This document shows, one piece after another, positions 1 to 15,289 of a stretch of DNA of 64,000 bases. The position numbers and the translations under genes are program-made. This DNA is from Octopus vulgaris (Eukaryota): NCBI GenBank assembly GCA_951406725.2, contig OX597819.1:6696001-6760000 (forward strand), in the 5' to 3' direction. The notes below the pieces were generated by a model. The model ran no database searches, was not told the DNA's origin, and saw only the letters and a list, made by a program, of their open reading frames with translations. How positions within the stretch are numbered: position 1 is the first letter of the stretch; the number at the start of each line of letters is the position of its first letter.

Positions 1-162
1 TCTGCCAAGATGGGGTTTTAGATAGGAAAGGTTGGCAAGGAGGGGGTGGAGGATTTTTCCCATTCCTTTTACGCTCGTACATACATACAAAGATTTTATG
101 TCTATTTCAATACCTATATATGTATCTCTCTCTCTCTCTCCATCTATCTATTTATCTATCTA

Positions 163-215
<53 letters not shown>

Positions 216-463
216 TGTGTGTATGTATGTATTTGTGTATATATATATAAATATATAAGCCCTTTTATATATATATATATATATATATATGTGCGTTATA
301 TATATGCGGATGTTTCCATTATATAGATGCATATATATATGTATGTATATATATATATATGTATACATATATTTGTGTATCTATACATATATACACATAT
401 ATATGTATATATATATAAGCGTGTATATATATATGTATGTGTGTGTGTGTGTGTGTGTGTGTA

Positions 464-508
<45 letters not shown>

Positions 509-1794
509 CAAATATACATACGTATAAAGATTTTATATCTGACTGTCTGTCTATCTATCTATCTACCTATAAATAGATAATACATACATTGAGAGAAAGA
601 GAGAGATATGTGTGAGTGTGTATTTGTATGTATGTGTGTATAAATATACACATGTGTGCGTATATATATATATGTATTTACATGTATAGATATATATGCA
701 TGCATAGATACACACAGACACACACACACGTATATGTATATATATATATATATATATATAGGCATATATGCGTTATGCACATATCAGTATATATGTTTGG
801 CTATGTGTGTTTTGTAAAGGTCGGCGCATCTCTATCAACGCATATTCGCACTTATATATATTTGCATGTTTGGATACATGCATACGTGAATATATATATA
901 TATATATATATCCGTTATATTTATACATACATACATTCGTACATCGACTAAACCACAAACCTATCAACACCTACGTAACAAGCGCACACATCACACATAC
1001 GTATATGTGTTTACGATTGTGCGTGAGCATGTGCACTGATGTCTGAAGCTGCTTACTTTCAATATATTTTATAGGTAATATTTTATATTGAATTTTATTG
1101 AAAATTTTTGAACGTATTTGATTTATTTTTGTTTTTGTGAAGTTTCTGAAATTTTAAATCAATTTGCTTTCATTTATCGGTAAATTTATTTCTGGTTGTA
1201 TGGACGTAAGATGAAAGCGTTTAATTGATTTTTAATTGTTTAGAAGCTGTCTTTGTATATAGTGTGTAATATTTGACAGATAGGATAGGAATATATTTGA
1301 AGATTACTAGTGCCTACGTACATTGGCCAGACATATTGTGACAGCTAACTGCTCCTAATAATAGATCCAAATGCAGCTGGATCTGGATAGATAAATAAAG
1401 GCATGTACGTATGTATGTATGTATATATATACACATACATGTTCCACTTCGTGACACCGTGGGCAAGTGCCTACAACAACAACCTGGGGCGACCAAAGCC
1501 TTGTGAGTGGATTTGGTAGAGGGAACCTGAAAGGATCCTGTTGTATATATGTATGCATGTATATATATTCTTATATTCTTTTATTTGTTTCAGTCATTTG
1601 ACTGGAGCCATGCTGGAGCACCGCCTTCATACATATATACAACAGGATCCTTTTATAAACCCCGTAACATACATATAGATACATATATACTTACATACAT
1701 GCATACATACATACATACATATATATTACGGGGTTTTAGTTCACAGGTGATCTAAACGATTAGGTACGTTAGGTAAGTGTTGTAACGGATTACT

Positions 1795-1886
1795 AGGGCT
1801 CTTTTGAAGGACTTCCATAGGGCCTTCATGTCGTGGCTTGAGCGCTTCAGAAACTGCATTGAAGTGAGGGGGTCATATTTTGAAAT
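1795..1886 (+). mobile_element. Mariner transposase C-terminal relic
   Basis: FHRAFMSWLERFRNCIEVRGSYFE. Confidence 0.65.
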
Positions 1887-3829
1887 GCACGTTGTATATG
1901 CATGTGTGTGTGTGTATATATATAATTATACATACATACATAATATCATCATATTCATCATTATCACCATCCTCCAGCAGCTGTCCTAGCCAATGATTTG
2001 AGCACTATTTCAGACGATGTTACCGAGTTCATCTATTGTTATTGGTTCCTGACTTCAGCCATCCAATCTTGAGACCTCACCTGTTTTTGATGTTGACAAA
2101 CTACCTTGAGTCGTTTTCGGATAGAGATCCGTGTCAAATGAGCTTTCAACGTTTCTCAGTTGCAAGAACTGGTTCCTGTTTACAGGCATAAGTGATGACC
2201 TGCTGTATGACAACTCTGTATCTCTTTTGTTTCGTGTACGAGATGCGTAGCAGCCTTTCTGGAACGCTTGCACTCAAAAGCTTGGATTCAACATTCCTTG
2301 TCAGCTTTTGCCACAATTGTATTCACGAATTACACAAACGTTAGCATAGCATGCTGCAAGTTGCACGACTCTTGGAGTCATAGTTTAGTAGAGGACAATT
2401 AAAAATGTTGTAGTAGGAAAAGGTCCTTGGAAATTCCAATGGAACTTTACTAGAACTTCATTGAAGATTTTCTGAGCAGGATTTTATTTTTCTCAATTGT
2501 CTCATCCGTTTGTCTCCCGTAAATGGACTCAAGCTCTCCAGTTCAACAGCGTTAGTATTGTAATCAATTCTTCTCATAAAAATGGTTATCAGGCTTTATT
2601 TTACACATGTTTATATAACAGTACAGAGTTAAATAGAATTAAGTAGAAACGTAGAAAATGCGTTTTATTTGCTTAGATACAACACGCAACTATTCTTTGG
2701 TGCAGCTTAGAACATGTTTGTTCTAACAGATCAACAACATCAAGTTTTCTTTTGGTAAAATATCAAGACATCTTCCCAATATTTGGCGATGAGACGCAAA
2801 AAGGTTTCTGTTTTTTGCCCAACACCGAAGAATTTTCATAGGACGCTCCTTTCATTGCTATATTTCTATATTTTTTAAATTTTTATTTTTCGACAAATAC
2901 ATTTTTACTACTTTTGACTTCGTCTATTTTCTTAATCGCGCATTCTTTGCATAACTCATACCCTTCTATTTTAGTCGAATATCGCTTCTAGTTTAGTCTG
3001 ATATCATATAATAAGAGATATGATCTATTAAGATCATGCCTTCCATTATGTGGGGAACTATTTTTGCAACAATGTATAATGGTTTTCAAATAGAACACCT
3101 ATCAATAACAGCTCCTTTTTCTCCTTTTCTTCACTGTTTATTCAGTTGATGTTTTCTGCTTTCCTTTCACTCAATTTCTTTTGCGCTCAAGAGAAAAAAG
3201 TAAAACCAAGGTTTAAGTTTCGAACAAAAAAGACAAACCCACAAATGTTTGCAAAGGATGGACAAAGCACGACGCTTGTATGTAGGAGTATCAATTGCAA
3301 CCTAACTGACAAACTACTGTGATGGACTTCCGTTGGCTGCCGTCCTGATATTAAATAAGCATCAAATGCATTGAAAATCAATGAAAGATTTTGCAATGTG
3401 GCCTTTCTAATCATCCAATTTCTAATCAACCACTTTCAACTCACCTACAATACATTAGCTCTCCTTGACGGAAGAGGCCTACATGTTAGCTCGTGATCTG
3501 TTCATTTTCATGACATGAAAATATATATTTATTACGTTTATTCTAACGAAAGTTAGATGATGATAAAGACGCCAATACATTTGTCACATTTTTACGTTAA
3601 AGAAATTTTCCCTCGATTAACGCTGCTAGTCCAGAAATTCTTCGTAAACAGAATGTTTTCTGTTATAACTTAACTGTTTCATACAAGTGTGTAAAAGGCT
3701 TGAATTTCAAAGCCTTATGCGGAAAAAGTATTAAATAATTTAATACTCACTTGCAAGAAAGAGCGTAAGGTGTGATTATATTGGTAGTTTTATCTTAATA
3801 GATGTCAGTTTAATATTTATAGAGGAACA

Positions 3830-4372
3830 CGAATGTAGGTTACTGAGTTCAAATCTCACCGAGGTCAACTCTGCTTTCCTCCCTTCGGGGCCAATTAAAC
3901 GCCAATCAAGTGCAAGAGTCGATGTATCGACCTTACCTAATGATAACGGGTTCAAATCTTGGCACAAAGCAGGCAATTTTGGAGACGTGGGTATGTTGTT
4001 TACATCGACTGCAGTGCTAAACTGGTACATATTTTACAGATTCCGAAAGGTTGAAAGGAAACGTTGACCCCAGTGACATTTGAACTCAGAATTTTAAGTC
4101 GGAACAAATGCTGCTAAGCATTTTGACCGCTCACTGTCTAAATAATAATTGTTATTATTATCATTATTATTATTTCAACTTTTTGCCACAAGGGCAACAT
4201 GGGGAAGGTGGAGATGAGTCGATTATATCGACCCCAGTGTTCGATAGGTAGTTATTTTATCGACCCAGGAAAGGATGAAAAGCAAAGTCGAACTCTACGG
4301 AATTTGAACACTGAACGTAGCGGCAGACAAAATACTGCTAAGCATTTAGCCCGACGTGCTAACGATTCTGCC
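3830..4372. mobile_element. Cluster of SINE family B fragments (tRNA head + CCTTTCGGGGTCGATAAA core, Nin/Deu-like)
   Basis: GAGTTCAAAT B-box and family core on both strands. Confidence 0.65.
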
Positions 4373-5690
4373 AAATCGAAACAACTTCCAAAAAGCTATC
4401 GACCAATAACATGTCTCAACACTACTTACAGGATCTTCACATCCATATTCACTGAAAGAATATACACTTTCCTTGAATAGAACTGTGTCTTTCCACATGC
4501 TCAAAAAGGCTTTTAAAGGAATTCTTATGAGTCCGAAGATCGATTACTTATAAATAAAATGATTGTAGAGAATTGCTGGAGCAAAAACGAGTCTGAGAAT
4601 GACATGGATGGACTACAGGAAAGCGATTGATAGTTGTCCACATAATTGGCTACTCAAAGCCCATAAAATATATATGAACCAATCTAACAACATCAACTTC
4701 AAACGAGACACCTTTCAAGGTGACTCCCTTTCCCAATTACACTTTTGTAAGGCACTGATCCCACTCTCAAAAGAACTCAATTATACCAGGTATGAGTTCA
4801 AAGTTTATAATACTACAATAAACCATCTGTTTTATACGGACGATCTGAAGCTGTTTGCTAGAAATGACGGAGAGCTAGTGGGGCTGCTAACAAGAGTTCA
4901 GCAATGATAGCGGGATGGATTTTGGCCTTGATAAGTGTACTAAAACAACTTTTGTAAAAGGCAAGCTCAGGCAAACAGCTTCCATTAAATTAAATACCGA
5001 CGCTACAATCAAGGAGCTTCACCCACAAGAAAGTTATAAATACTTGGAGATGGTATACAACATGCTGCTATGCAGGAAAAAATAAGAAAAGAGTATAACA
5101 GGAAAGTAAAACTCTTCGCATCGAAGCCATTAACACCCTGGCACTTCCAGTAGTTTTAACATCATTTTAACAGTTTTAACATCATTAACTGGAATCTAAC
5201 AGAGATCCAACACCTAGACAGGAAGACAAGAAAACTACTAACATCTAAGAACATGCACCACCTGAAAGCAGACGTTGATCGTCTGTATCTACCTAGAAGT
5301 AATGGGGAAGAGGAATGATGCAGGTAGAACTTGGCTAATTAGACCTCCACAATAGCAGTGAACTGGTACTTATCTAGTACAGAGTACAGGATGCTGCGGC
5401 TTCTGTGCAGGAAGCTTGCAAATTCGCAAGGGAACTTGACATTAACACTGAATTATATGAAAAACCTGAAACCACTGTCACCAAACAAGCAAAACGGATC
5501 AAGCAGACTACAAAAAAGAACGGACAGAAACAAATTGAGAAGTGGTGGAGCCAGAAGCTTCTGCATGAACAGCATAACTTCGAAGTCGAAATGCTGGTGT
5601 AGACCAAGCAACTTTCCATCAGTGACTGAGAAGTTCAGGACTGAAAGCAGAGAATGAAGATTTCATATTGGCGGCACAAGATCAAAGCAG
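4373..5690 (+). pseudogene. Degraded R4/Dong-type (RLE) LINE reverse transcriptase fragment
   Basis: YRPITCLNTTY, WMDYRKAIDS, FQGDSLS, INHLFYTDDLKLF, FGLDKC, DRLYLPR, AAQDQS; frameshifts and stops. Confidence 0.85.
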
Positions 5691-5964
5691 ACGAAGGTCG
5701 ATTCATATGAAAAAAATATATAACCACTTGCTTATCGAGAAATTCATAAGTTCGGTTTTAAAAAATCTTTTTCTTTTTGTTTTTAAAGAAAATCAAACCA
5801 AAGGTTCATCATTTTGAGACACTCACCCAATGATTATTGCTGCCAAATGTGGTGACAATACAATCAGCCGATTTCCAGTAATTTTGCAAACACAGACAGA
5901 CGAAGACGAGTGATTAAACACCCTTCTTTCGATTACGCGCGCATGGTATTAACAATAATAATCC

Positions 5965-6167
5965 TGGAAACACAAGGCCTCAAATTTGAGGGAAGGGATT
6001 AAGTCGATTACATTGACCCCAGTGCATAACTGGTAGTTATTTAATCGACCCCGAAAGGATGAAAAGAAAAGTCGACCTCGGCGGAATTTGAACTCAGAAC
6101 GTGAAACGGAGAAAATACCGCTAAGCATTTTGCCCGTCGAGCTAACGTTTCTATCAGCCCACCGTCT

Positions 6168-6168
<1 letters not shown>
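5965..6168 (-). mobile_element. SINE family B
   Basis: Reverse complement of 30800-31015. Confidence 0.8.
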
Positions 6169-6249
<81 letters not shown>

Positions 6250-6277
6250 TAACAACAATAATAATAGTGAGCCGACC

Positions 6278-6336
<59 letters not shown>

Positions 6337-6922
6337 TGACAAGCTCAGAAAATATAAAGACCTACTCATTGAAATTGAGAAAATGTGGCATCTCAAGGCG
6401 GTTACAATACCAGTGATCGTAGGAGCACTAGGAATGATCAAGAAGGGAACCGAAAATTATATGAGAATGATCCCTGGCTTACCATCCCTGCAAGAAGTGC
6501 AAAAGATTGTCTTAACTGGTACATCACACGTATTGAGAAGAGCATTGTCGATGTGAGAACTGTTGCTGCTCATGTATTTTAATTTAACTTTAAAAAAAAA
6601 ATAAAAAAAAAAAAATGAACGAACTACTGAGTTTGGTTTAATGGCCTACCAATATACACTATGAGTTTCTTTGCCCTAGGAGTCGGGAAGACACTCGGCA
6701 AGAAATGGAAGAAAATTTGAAAGAAGAAAAAAAAAAGTAATAATAATAATAATGATAATAATAATATACAGAAAATTGCACTACTAGGCACTGCACACAT
6801 CCTACGCAGAACACTTTCCATACAATAACCATCAGAGCAACACAACAAATCACAGCACATACCCAAGGCACACAGAGCTGCGCTCGGTAGTGAAGTGAAA
6901 GCACGATATAAAAATAAAACTA

Positions 6923-7011
<89 letters not shown>

Positions 7012-8600
7012 GCCCGGTTATGGAAAATGATGAAGGCGAAGATAGTGGCAATTATTGTTGGGTTCTTGGGAACAGAATCAGAAGGCATCAAGAACAATAT
7101 AAAGGAAACTGGAATAAAGCGCCCAGTAGAACTGTTACAAAAGGTTTACCTACTTGCCACTGCCAGTACAATCAGGAAAGTATTAGATAGCTGAAAAGAA
7201 CGAACAGCATTGTACCGTAGGCTGCAGATAGTAATCCCGCTACACATACAAGACACCAGGAGCTCCAACAAAACATGTTATAAAGAGAAAATAACGATAG
7301 AAAAATTTAAACAAGAAATGAACAAAAAAAAGGAGTGGCAGGAAAAGAATATGTATGGTCAGTCTGCAATAGATGTGAACTCCAAGACAGATACAGAGGA
7401 CCGGTGACTATAGATACCTGAAGATAAAGACAGAAGCACTCACATGTGTAGCTCAGGAACAAGCGTTAAGGACCAACAGTATGAAGTGCAGAAGTGACAA
7501 CAATACCAATAGCGACAAATGAAGAGTGTGTGGGGAGAGGGGTGAGACGGTATGGCACATCATTAGCGAAAGCCCGAAATTGGCACAACACAAATTCAAA
7601 AGGCGCCATGACAATGTGGCAAGAACGATCCACTGGGAGCTCATGTGGAAATCACGGCCTACAAAGAGCAAAGACGTGGTATGAGCAAACTCCAGAAGGG
7701 TCACCGAAAACGAGAATTGCCAAGTTCTGTGGGATGCAATGATCCAGTGCAATCACCCGACCAGACATCGGGAACCGGACGTTGCTGTGGTGGATAAAAA
7801 AGAATGAACATGTATGATAATTGACATAGCATGTCCCGGTGACAACAGGATCAAAGTGAAAGAAGAAAAAATAAACAACTATGACGATTTGAAGTGGGAA
7901 ATACGAAGATTGTGGTCAATGAAGAGAGTAGACATGATACCAGTTGTAACTGGTGCACTTGGAACTGTCAGCACTCAACTACCAACATGGCTCAAAGCGT
8001 GAATGAAGAGCACCTACAAAAATCAGCATTGCTTGAAACTGCAAGAATTCTTCGCAGGGTTCTTGAAGCATGACCAGTAAACTAGTGTTTCCTTAGTCTG
8101 CTGGCTGTGGACAGCTGATTCATTCCATCATACCCAGCAAAATAAGCTGTGACTTTTCATATAATATTAATAATAAGTACTAAAAGGTTTTATACTGGTA
8201 GCTGTGTCAGAAATGCGGATTTGAAGCGAGAGGAACGTGATATAATCATCGGGTCAAAAGAGCGCTGGATTCGGAGAAATGCAAAATTTTATGAGATTTT
8301 TCGATTCAAGGTAGAAAATAACAAACCTGATATATAACAAAATTAGAGAAAGATATGCGAAGTTGCTTACTAATTGAACCATCATGTCCATTTGATTCCA
8401 GAATTGTAACGAAAGAGGATGAACAATTAAAAGATAGAATCTTTTAAAATTTGAACTTGTAAGAATTCGGAGTATAAAAACTTTAAAGGTTCTGCCTGTA
8501 ATAATTGGTGTACTGGGAACTGTGAATAAAGATATAGACAAATGGTTGAAGGAGATTGGAATAGAATATTCTGTAGAGTTTCTACACAAGGCCAGCAAGT
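6337..8600 (+). pseudogene. Stack of several RLE-LINE 3' ends (PD-(D/E)XK endonuclease) separated by (AAT)n
   Basis: KYKDLLIEIEKMWHLK..IPVIVGALG; QKIALLGTAHILRR; RHDNVA..IHW; IIDIACPGD..KEEKINNYDDLKWEI. Confidence 0.85.
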
Positions 8601-8775
8601 GATTCAACTGATACTCATTTTATCAACGCCGCCGAAATGATAAAAGGCAAAGTCGATCTCGACAGAATTTGAACAGAGAAAGTAAAGACAGAAAAATGCC
8701 GCAAAGTATTCTGGAAGCTCGCCGCCTTTCGCCGCCTTAATAATAACAACAACTAGTAGTAGTAGTAATAATAAT

Positions 8776-8869
<94 letters not shown>

Positions 8870-9467
8870 ATCTTGGTCATATGATATTATACGAGAGATT
8901 TAGCTAGATAGTGATTTAGTGACTATCGTGCTTGGTAGCTTCTTAAGTTATAGTTTGTATGAATTGTAAATCTGTAGTAGAGCAAATGTCCACATGTCAT
9001 GCAAACTATATTGCTAGACCCAGATGTCAAAACCCGTACGTTTCTCCATTAGTAAAGAAAATCCTGTAAAGTCGTGCAGATAGTTTGATAGCCATATTCC
9101 ACTTGATATGACAGGCAATCGATAATATTTGCCCGGATGCATGATTGATTAATCCAGCACGAAAAATATTTCGGTTTTTGACCGACGTATAGAAACAAAG
9201 TTGCTGACTGGATAAGATGTGGGATAAAAAGTACAGGATTCTGAGACGGAAGTTTATATTTTGTCTTTATACAAGAAATTATTTGCATCTACCAAGCTAA
9301 GTAGAATGTTTCGTCTGTAGGGAAGTTGCTTTTGAAACAATTAGTATCCTCTGTAGAGTGCGAAACCTTAACTCTAACCTTGTCTATCTAATACAACTGA
9401 AAATTAAGTAAAATGCCATTCATGTAAAAAATTCCTCTGCTTTGTTAAGTTATTTGTTATTTTAGAG

Positions 9468-9842
9468 TGGAGGCGCAATGGCCCAGTGGTTAGGGCAGCG
9501 GTCCTAGGATCGCGGTTTCGATTCCCAGACCGAGCGTTGTGAGTGTTTATCGAGCGAAAACACCTAAAGCTCCACGAGGCTCCGGCAGGGAGTGGTGGTG
9601 ATCCCTGCTGTACTCTTTCACCACAACTTTCTCTCACTCTTACTTCCTGTTTCTGTTGTACCTGTATTTCAAAGGGCCGGCCTTGTCACTCTCTGTGTCA
9701 CGCTGAATCTTCCCGAGAACTACGTTAAGGGTACACGTGTCTGTGGAGTGCTCAGCCACTTACACGTTAATTTCACGAGCAGGCTGTTCCGTTGATCGGA
9801 TCAACCGGAACCCTCATCGTCGTAACCGACGGAGTGCTTCCA
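9468..9842 (+). mobile_element. tRNA-derived SINE family A
   Basis: TGGAGGCGCAATGGCCCAGTGGTTAGG (A box)...GGTTTCGATTCCC (B box); TSD TGTTATTTTAGA; multiple near-identical copies in the window. Confidence 0.9.
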
Positions 9843-11076
9843 AATGTTATTTTAGAAATAATTGTGCATATTATGTTAATATGTTTAAAAATAGAATTAT
9901 GACACTCTGGTGTGAAGGGTTCTCTTACAACTCTTACAAGAATTGTCTTCTGTTTTCAGACTAAATATTTAATCAATCTAATTACATCAAATATTAATAT
10001 TATCTGCCATATTTAACAGAATGATGTGTATTTTAGAGACAAAAAGCTGGAACTAAACATTGGCTCAATGAAACAATAAGATTGGGTAAACATTTATCAT
10101 AGCTTTGTAAAGTTTTACAATACAAAACTTAAACGCTTGTACGGAAAGTCAAAATACCGGATACGTAGCTTCTAGATAAATGAAAAGAAACAGAACAAAT
10201 ACAGTCCAATACTTGTTAAATTCCCAAAGTTCTGTCGAAAAATATACATCGTCAATATCAACAGAAACCTTTTGATTACGTATTTTTATTTTTGTTGTTA
10301 ATAATTGATAAATTTGTCGTTTGTCAATTCCTAATTGCAACAAAAGTGTCGAGTTGGAATTGAATTCAAAGCAGGAATGGAAATATTAATGAATGATACG
10401 ACTAGATGTCTGGATGAACACCTGGTAATATGGAAAGATATTCCTATGATGATGCTGTCTCTTGTAATCTTTTAATTTTTTTCCTTCAGCATATGCAAAA
10501 CAAAGATATTGACAAATTCTTAAAAGACCAAACGACAGTACTTTTCAAATTGTGATTGTATCTATTTTGTTATCACTTATACAGCTTATTACTGCAGGAC
10601 ATCAAGAACGAGCCATTTGTGTTCTAGCTTGAAGTCAGTTTGAAATGTATAAATAATTTACGAATATATAGCAATGTAACCTCTGTCCGTATTTATGTGT
10701 CAATTTTTATATACATACAGATTAACTTATGAACTGTAGTAACTCAAAGACCTGTTTGTATGTATCTGCGTGTGTATGTATAGTTGTAGAGCATTGTGAT
10801 CCGGAAAGATCCAAGTACCCGATCTCATATTGAGATCGATCGAAATTCCAATAAGTTGACAGTTACTGTACAAATCACGTATTGCTAACGAAAGTTGCTA
10901 AATATTGCGAATAAAAATCAAAGCTAAATAGAAAAGATATATTAATGTTACATGTTTCAAACCTAAACTTTATGTTTTACATTGCTCGTGACACATACAA
11001 AAAACATTTAGTTGATCGTCAGGTCCAGTTATATTCAAATTGGTTCCATTCATTAAATTCTTTGGTTTTTATTCGC

Positions 11077-11118
<42 letters not shown>

Positions 11119-11160
11119 GTATATATAGCTATACATATATGCATATTTATATATATATAT

Positions 11161-11232
11161 GAGAGACCAAAGTGTGCGTACGCTGGTATATATATGCATA
11201 TATATACCAGCGTACGCACACTTTGGTCTCTC
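11161..11232. repeat. Perfect 72-bp spacerless palindrome
   Basis: GAGAGACCAAAGTGTGCGTACGCTGGTATATATATG|CATATATATACCAGCGTACGCACACTTTGGTCTCTC. Confidence 0.95.
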
Positions 11233-11636
11233 ATATATATATATATATATGCGGTGCCCCAGCATGGCCACAGCTCATGAGCTGAAACTGGAAAAATCAA
11301 AATCAAAATATATATATATATATATAAATACAAATTGGGACAAGAACGCAAGACATCCATACAGTTAGGTGATACAAGAAAGGGACAACAAAACATACAT
11401 ATAGACGATACAAAGTAAACAAGAACGGGTCATTCGGAGTTTTCTTTCCTCAGTCGAGTTCCAGATTATGTTTGCAATTTCGGCTGGTTATACTCGAGAT
11501 TACACCAATGTGGCCAGGCCCAAGAAAAAACTAAGCTTGCCGCCTGTATAGCTCACAGGCTTATCCATGAGATCATCCAGCCTCATATATTTTTTTTTAA
11601 ATATGGGTTTTTTTCTTTACCTAGCAACTCCAAATC

Positions 11637-11693
<57 letters not shown>

Positions 11694-12541
11694 CATACAT
11701 GCATACATACATACATATATACACACATACATACATACATACCTACATACATACATACATACATACATACATACATACATACATACATACATGCATACAT
11801 ACATACGGGCATACATTCACACACATACACACACGCTCGCATATAGAAAGCATGCATCTTTGTATACACACGTCTCTCGTGTAAGATATCCAATGAGGTA
11901 AATACGTATCTTTGTATAGAGTATCTGAAGTCCATTTTTCTGGTTCATTTCTCTTTCATATTTGATTATACGGTAGACGGCGGGGCTTTAATTTTTACTT
12001 AATTCAAGTGAATAATACTTTGTTTGACAAATTAAATGTGCTCTGTGGAGGATCCTATGTGTTCCTAGGTGAACACGCTACACCATTACACACTCACACA
12101 CACATATACAGTTACGTGCGTGTGTGTATTTTACACGCCCATAATCACGTTAGCTGCTAAACACACAAATAGTCTACAACAAAACAACACGAAGAGAAAC
12201 GAGAAGAGATGAAGGGTTATCTATTGAAGAATATAATATTTCTCTGTCGGCGCATTGCTTGACAAATCGCTTTACTTATTGAACTGAATGAATAGAATTT
12301 ATTAGAAATGACGTCAGCAGTAAATGTTTCGGGTTTTTTGTTGTTTGTTTTTCTGTGCTCTTAATAAAGAATTCCACCAATATGTGTAAAAATTTCTTGA
12401 ATTTTCTTTATAAATTACTTTCAAGTGAAAAGAAAAAAAAACAACAAATCTAGTCTCGGTATCTTTAAATTAGCGTTCAGCAAATTTTTCAGCTTGTTCA
12501 ACTAATTTCAATTTATAATTTTTTCCATAAAAACTAAGGGA

Positions 12542-13102
<561 letters not shown>

Positions 13103-13611
13103 CTGGAAGCTTTATGAAAATAAACAAAAGACGAAGGCAGGTGGAAAACAAACGAACAATTGTATTAGTATATATATATATATATATATATATGTCAGCA
13201 TAGTGTTTTGTATACCGTTGGATAAATATCGATAGCTAGACAGATAGACAGACACACATAGATAAATAGATAGATAGATATATAGATAGAGAGAGAGAGA
13301 GACAGACAGACAGATAGACAGACAGAGAGAGATTGGATTTAAAGTTGGAGTGAGGGATTTTGGAAGTTGGGTGGCAGTGGTTTTGAGGCAGATGATGGTG
13401 AAATTCCTCGTGGTGTCGATAGTGGAGTAGACGCTGATTGAACTGTCTCTAGCGACGCTGATCAAGTTACGTCTATCGACGGTAGAGGTGTTACTGGCGA
13501 CGGCAATGATGACGGTGATGACGATGATGACGCACGTCACGATATCAGTGGTGGTGGTAGTATTACACTAGATTCCGTATGACAGTGACTATAATATTGG
13601 CATTGATGACT

Positions 13612-13677
<66 letters not shown>

Positions 13678-13797
13678 TTTGTTGTTGTAATTGTTTCAGT
13701 TTGTTAGGGCGGTGATGATGGTGGTGGTTGTGGTGGTGTGATGTTGATAGTGAAAATAATAGCAATGGTGTCTGAGTATGTGTGTATATGTGTGTGT

Positions 13798-13841
<44 letters not shown>

Positions 13842-14929
13842 ATTGCGATAGTTCTTGTTGTGGTATGAATTGTGGTAGCAATACAGGTGGTGCACAGAAC
13901 GAGTAACACTGCCGTGGTTGTGGAAGATAGGTTAGCGAAGTTAGAGAGGTCGTTAGTTGCTAGGATATGTAACAATGTTAATGATGGTGACTGTAGTGAA
14001 GATGGCGGTTTAGCGTTCAGATTAAAATTTTGATTATAGCGAAACATTAGTAAAGAAAATACAAGAGATAAAGTGAAAAATACTGAGTGAGGCTTATTGA
14101 TTTTGATTTGAAGAATGCAACTGAACGATGCTTTCTGTCTTACTGCGCTTTCAGTTGAATTCACCTGAGTTTTCTACTTTCTAAATAACATAAGTGATAT
14201 ATTAGATATCGGAAGAATGGCTATGTCACGCTCCAGTTTGATGAGAAGTTGATGATGCAGAATATCGTAGAAAAACATCCGATCGGTCGACGTTCGCATT
14301 GCGCCGCAGGTCATTTTGTTTATCCATAACCAAGATACTTAATTTCCTACAGTTAATCCCCCTTAGTTGTAACAAGTATAATTCGTAAGCGTAAGCAGCT
14401 GTAGCAGTGTTTAGAATATGAGGGTTTGCTGCAAATGGTTTAAATCTGTCCAGAAAGTTATCCGCTGTAGAATAACTTCATTTCTAGGTATATATTGTTT
14501 CGATTCTCTCAATTTACAGAAACCAAAGTCACACGAACTCTTCTATGACATAGCTTTTAGCGTATCCAGAGGCTACTTTAGGTAGATACAGTATAGGACC
14601 AACAGCTGATAGTTCGATTGTAGGGATCACAGTCCACAGTGCTACTTGAGTTATCATCCAAGCCCCGTAACTTCCACTGATCCACTCCATCTAACTTTAA
14701 ATAGTTCTAATGATATTTGTACAAATTACTACTAAGGTTAACGAACTCGCAGTTTTGTGTCAAAGCCCTGTTTAGACATGAAAAAGGATCTCTCACTAAA
14801 AGTCATCAAGAGTTATAAGTAGAAGTAATATGGCCCAGAAACCATGAAAGACAGTGGGTACACAGACTCATTGAACCATCTGTAGTACGTTGAAAAGGTT
14901 CTGTTGCAGGTCAGTCACTGGTGGTCTGC

Positions 14930-15250
14930 TGGAAATGAAGGCAAAGAGCTGTTTGCTCTAGACATGCGCAGATCACGTTTTCTTTGTGCTGCTGCAATCC
15001 TATTCTGTTCGTAGTAGGTGTTACCTCTGTTGGTACAGCTACGCTAGGCGGTGCTGTGCCTACATTTCCCAAGTGTCAGAGTTGATCTGAAAAACACTTC
15101 AGTTAGGTTTGAGCGTATCTTGGAAGAGCTTTTTCTGCCCACTTTCTGTGTGGTTACCATCTGCCAATTCACTGTAAAACATCCATTCGAGCGGTCGTGT
15201 GTCAGGCATTCGAACAGGGTGTCCTGCCCACTTGACCAGTGCTCTCATTG
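14930..15250 (-). pseudogene. RTE-like LINE 3' fragment
   Basis: KWAGHPVRMPDTRP...YSEL..G...GQKK.F.D.LK motif. Confidence 0.65.
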
Positions 15251-15289
15251 ACGACAAGTATGTATGTACATACAAACATATCTTACAAT

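Noticed and set aside
1990-2400. Possible old LINE fragment on the minus strand
   Set aside because: No diagnostic motif could be read with confidence
3187-3500. Peptide DGQSTTLVC...W on +, reminiscent of an Ig-domain start
   Set aside because: In-frame stops, no clear splice sites, too short to support
9468-9540. tRNA-like sequences
   Set aside because: SINE heads followed by a SINE body and TSDs; not counted as tRNA genes
9543-9795. Recurring 61-67 aa ORFs (MFIERKHLK..., MVVIPAVLFHH...)
   Set aside because: Incidental frames inside SINE family A copies
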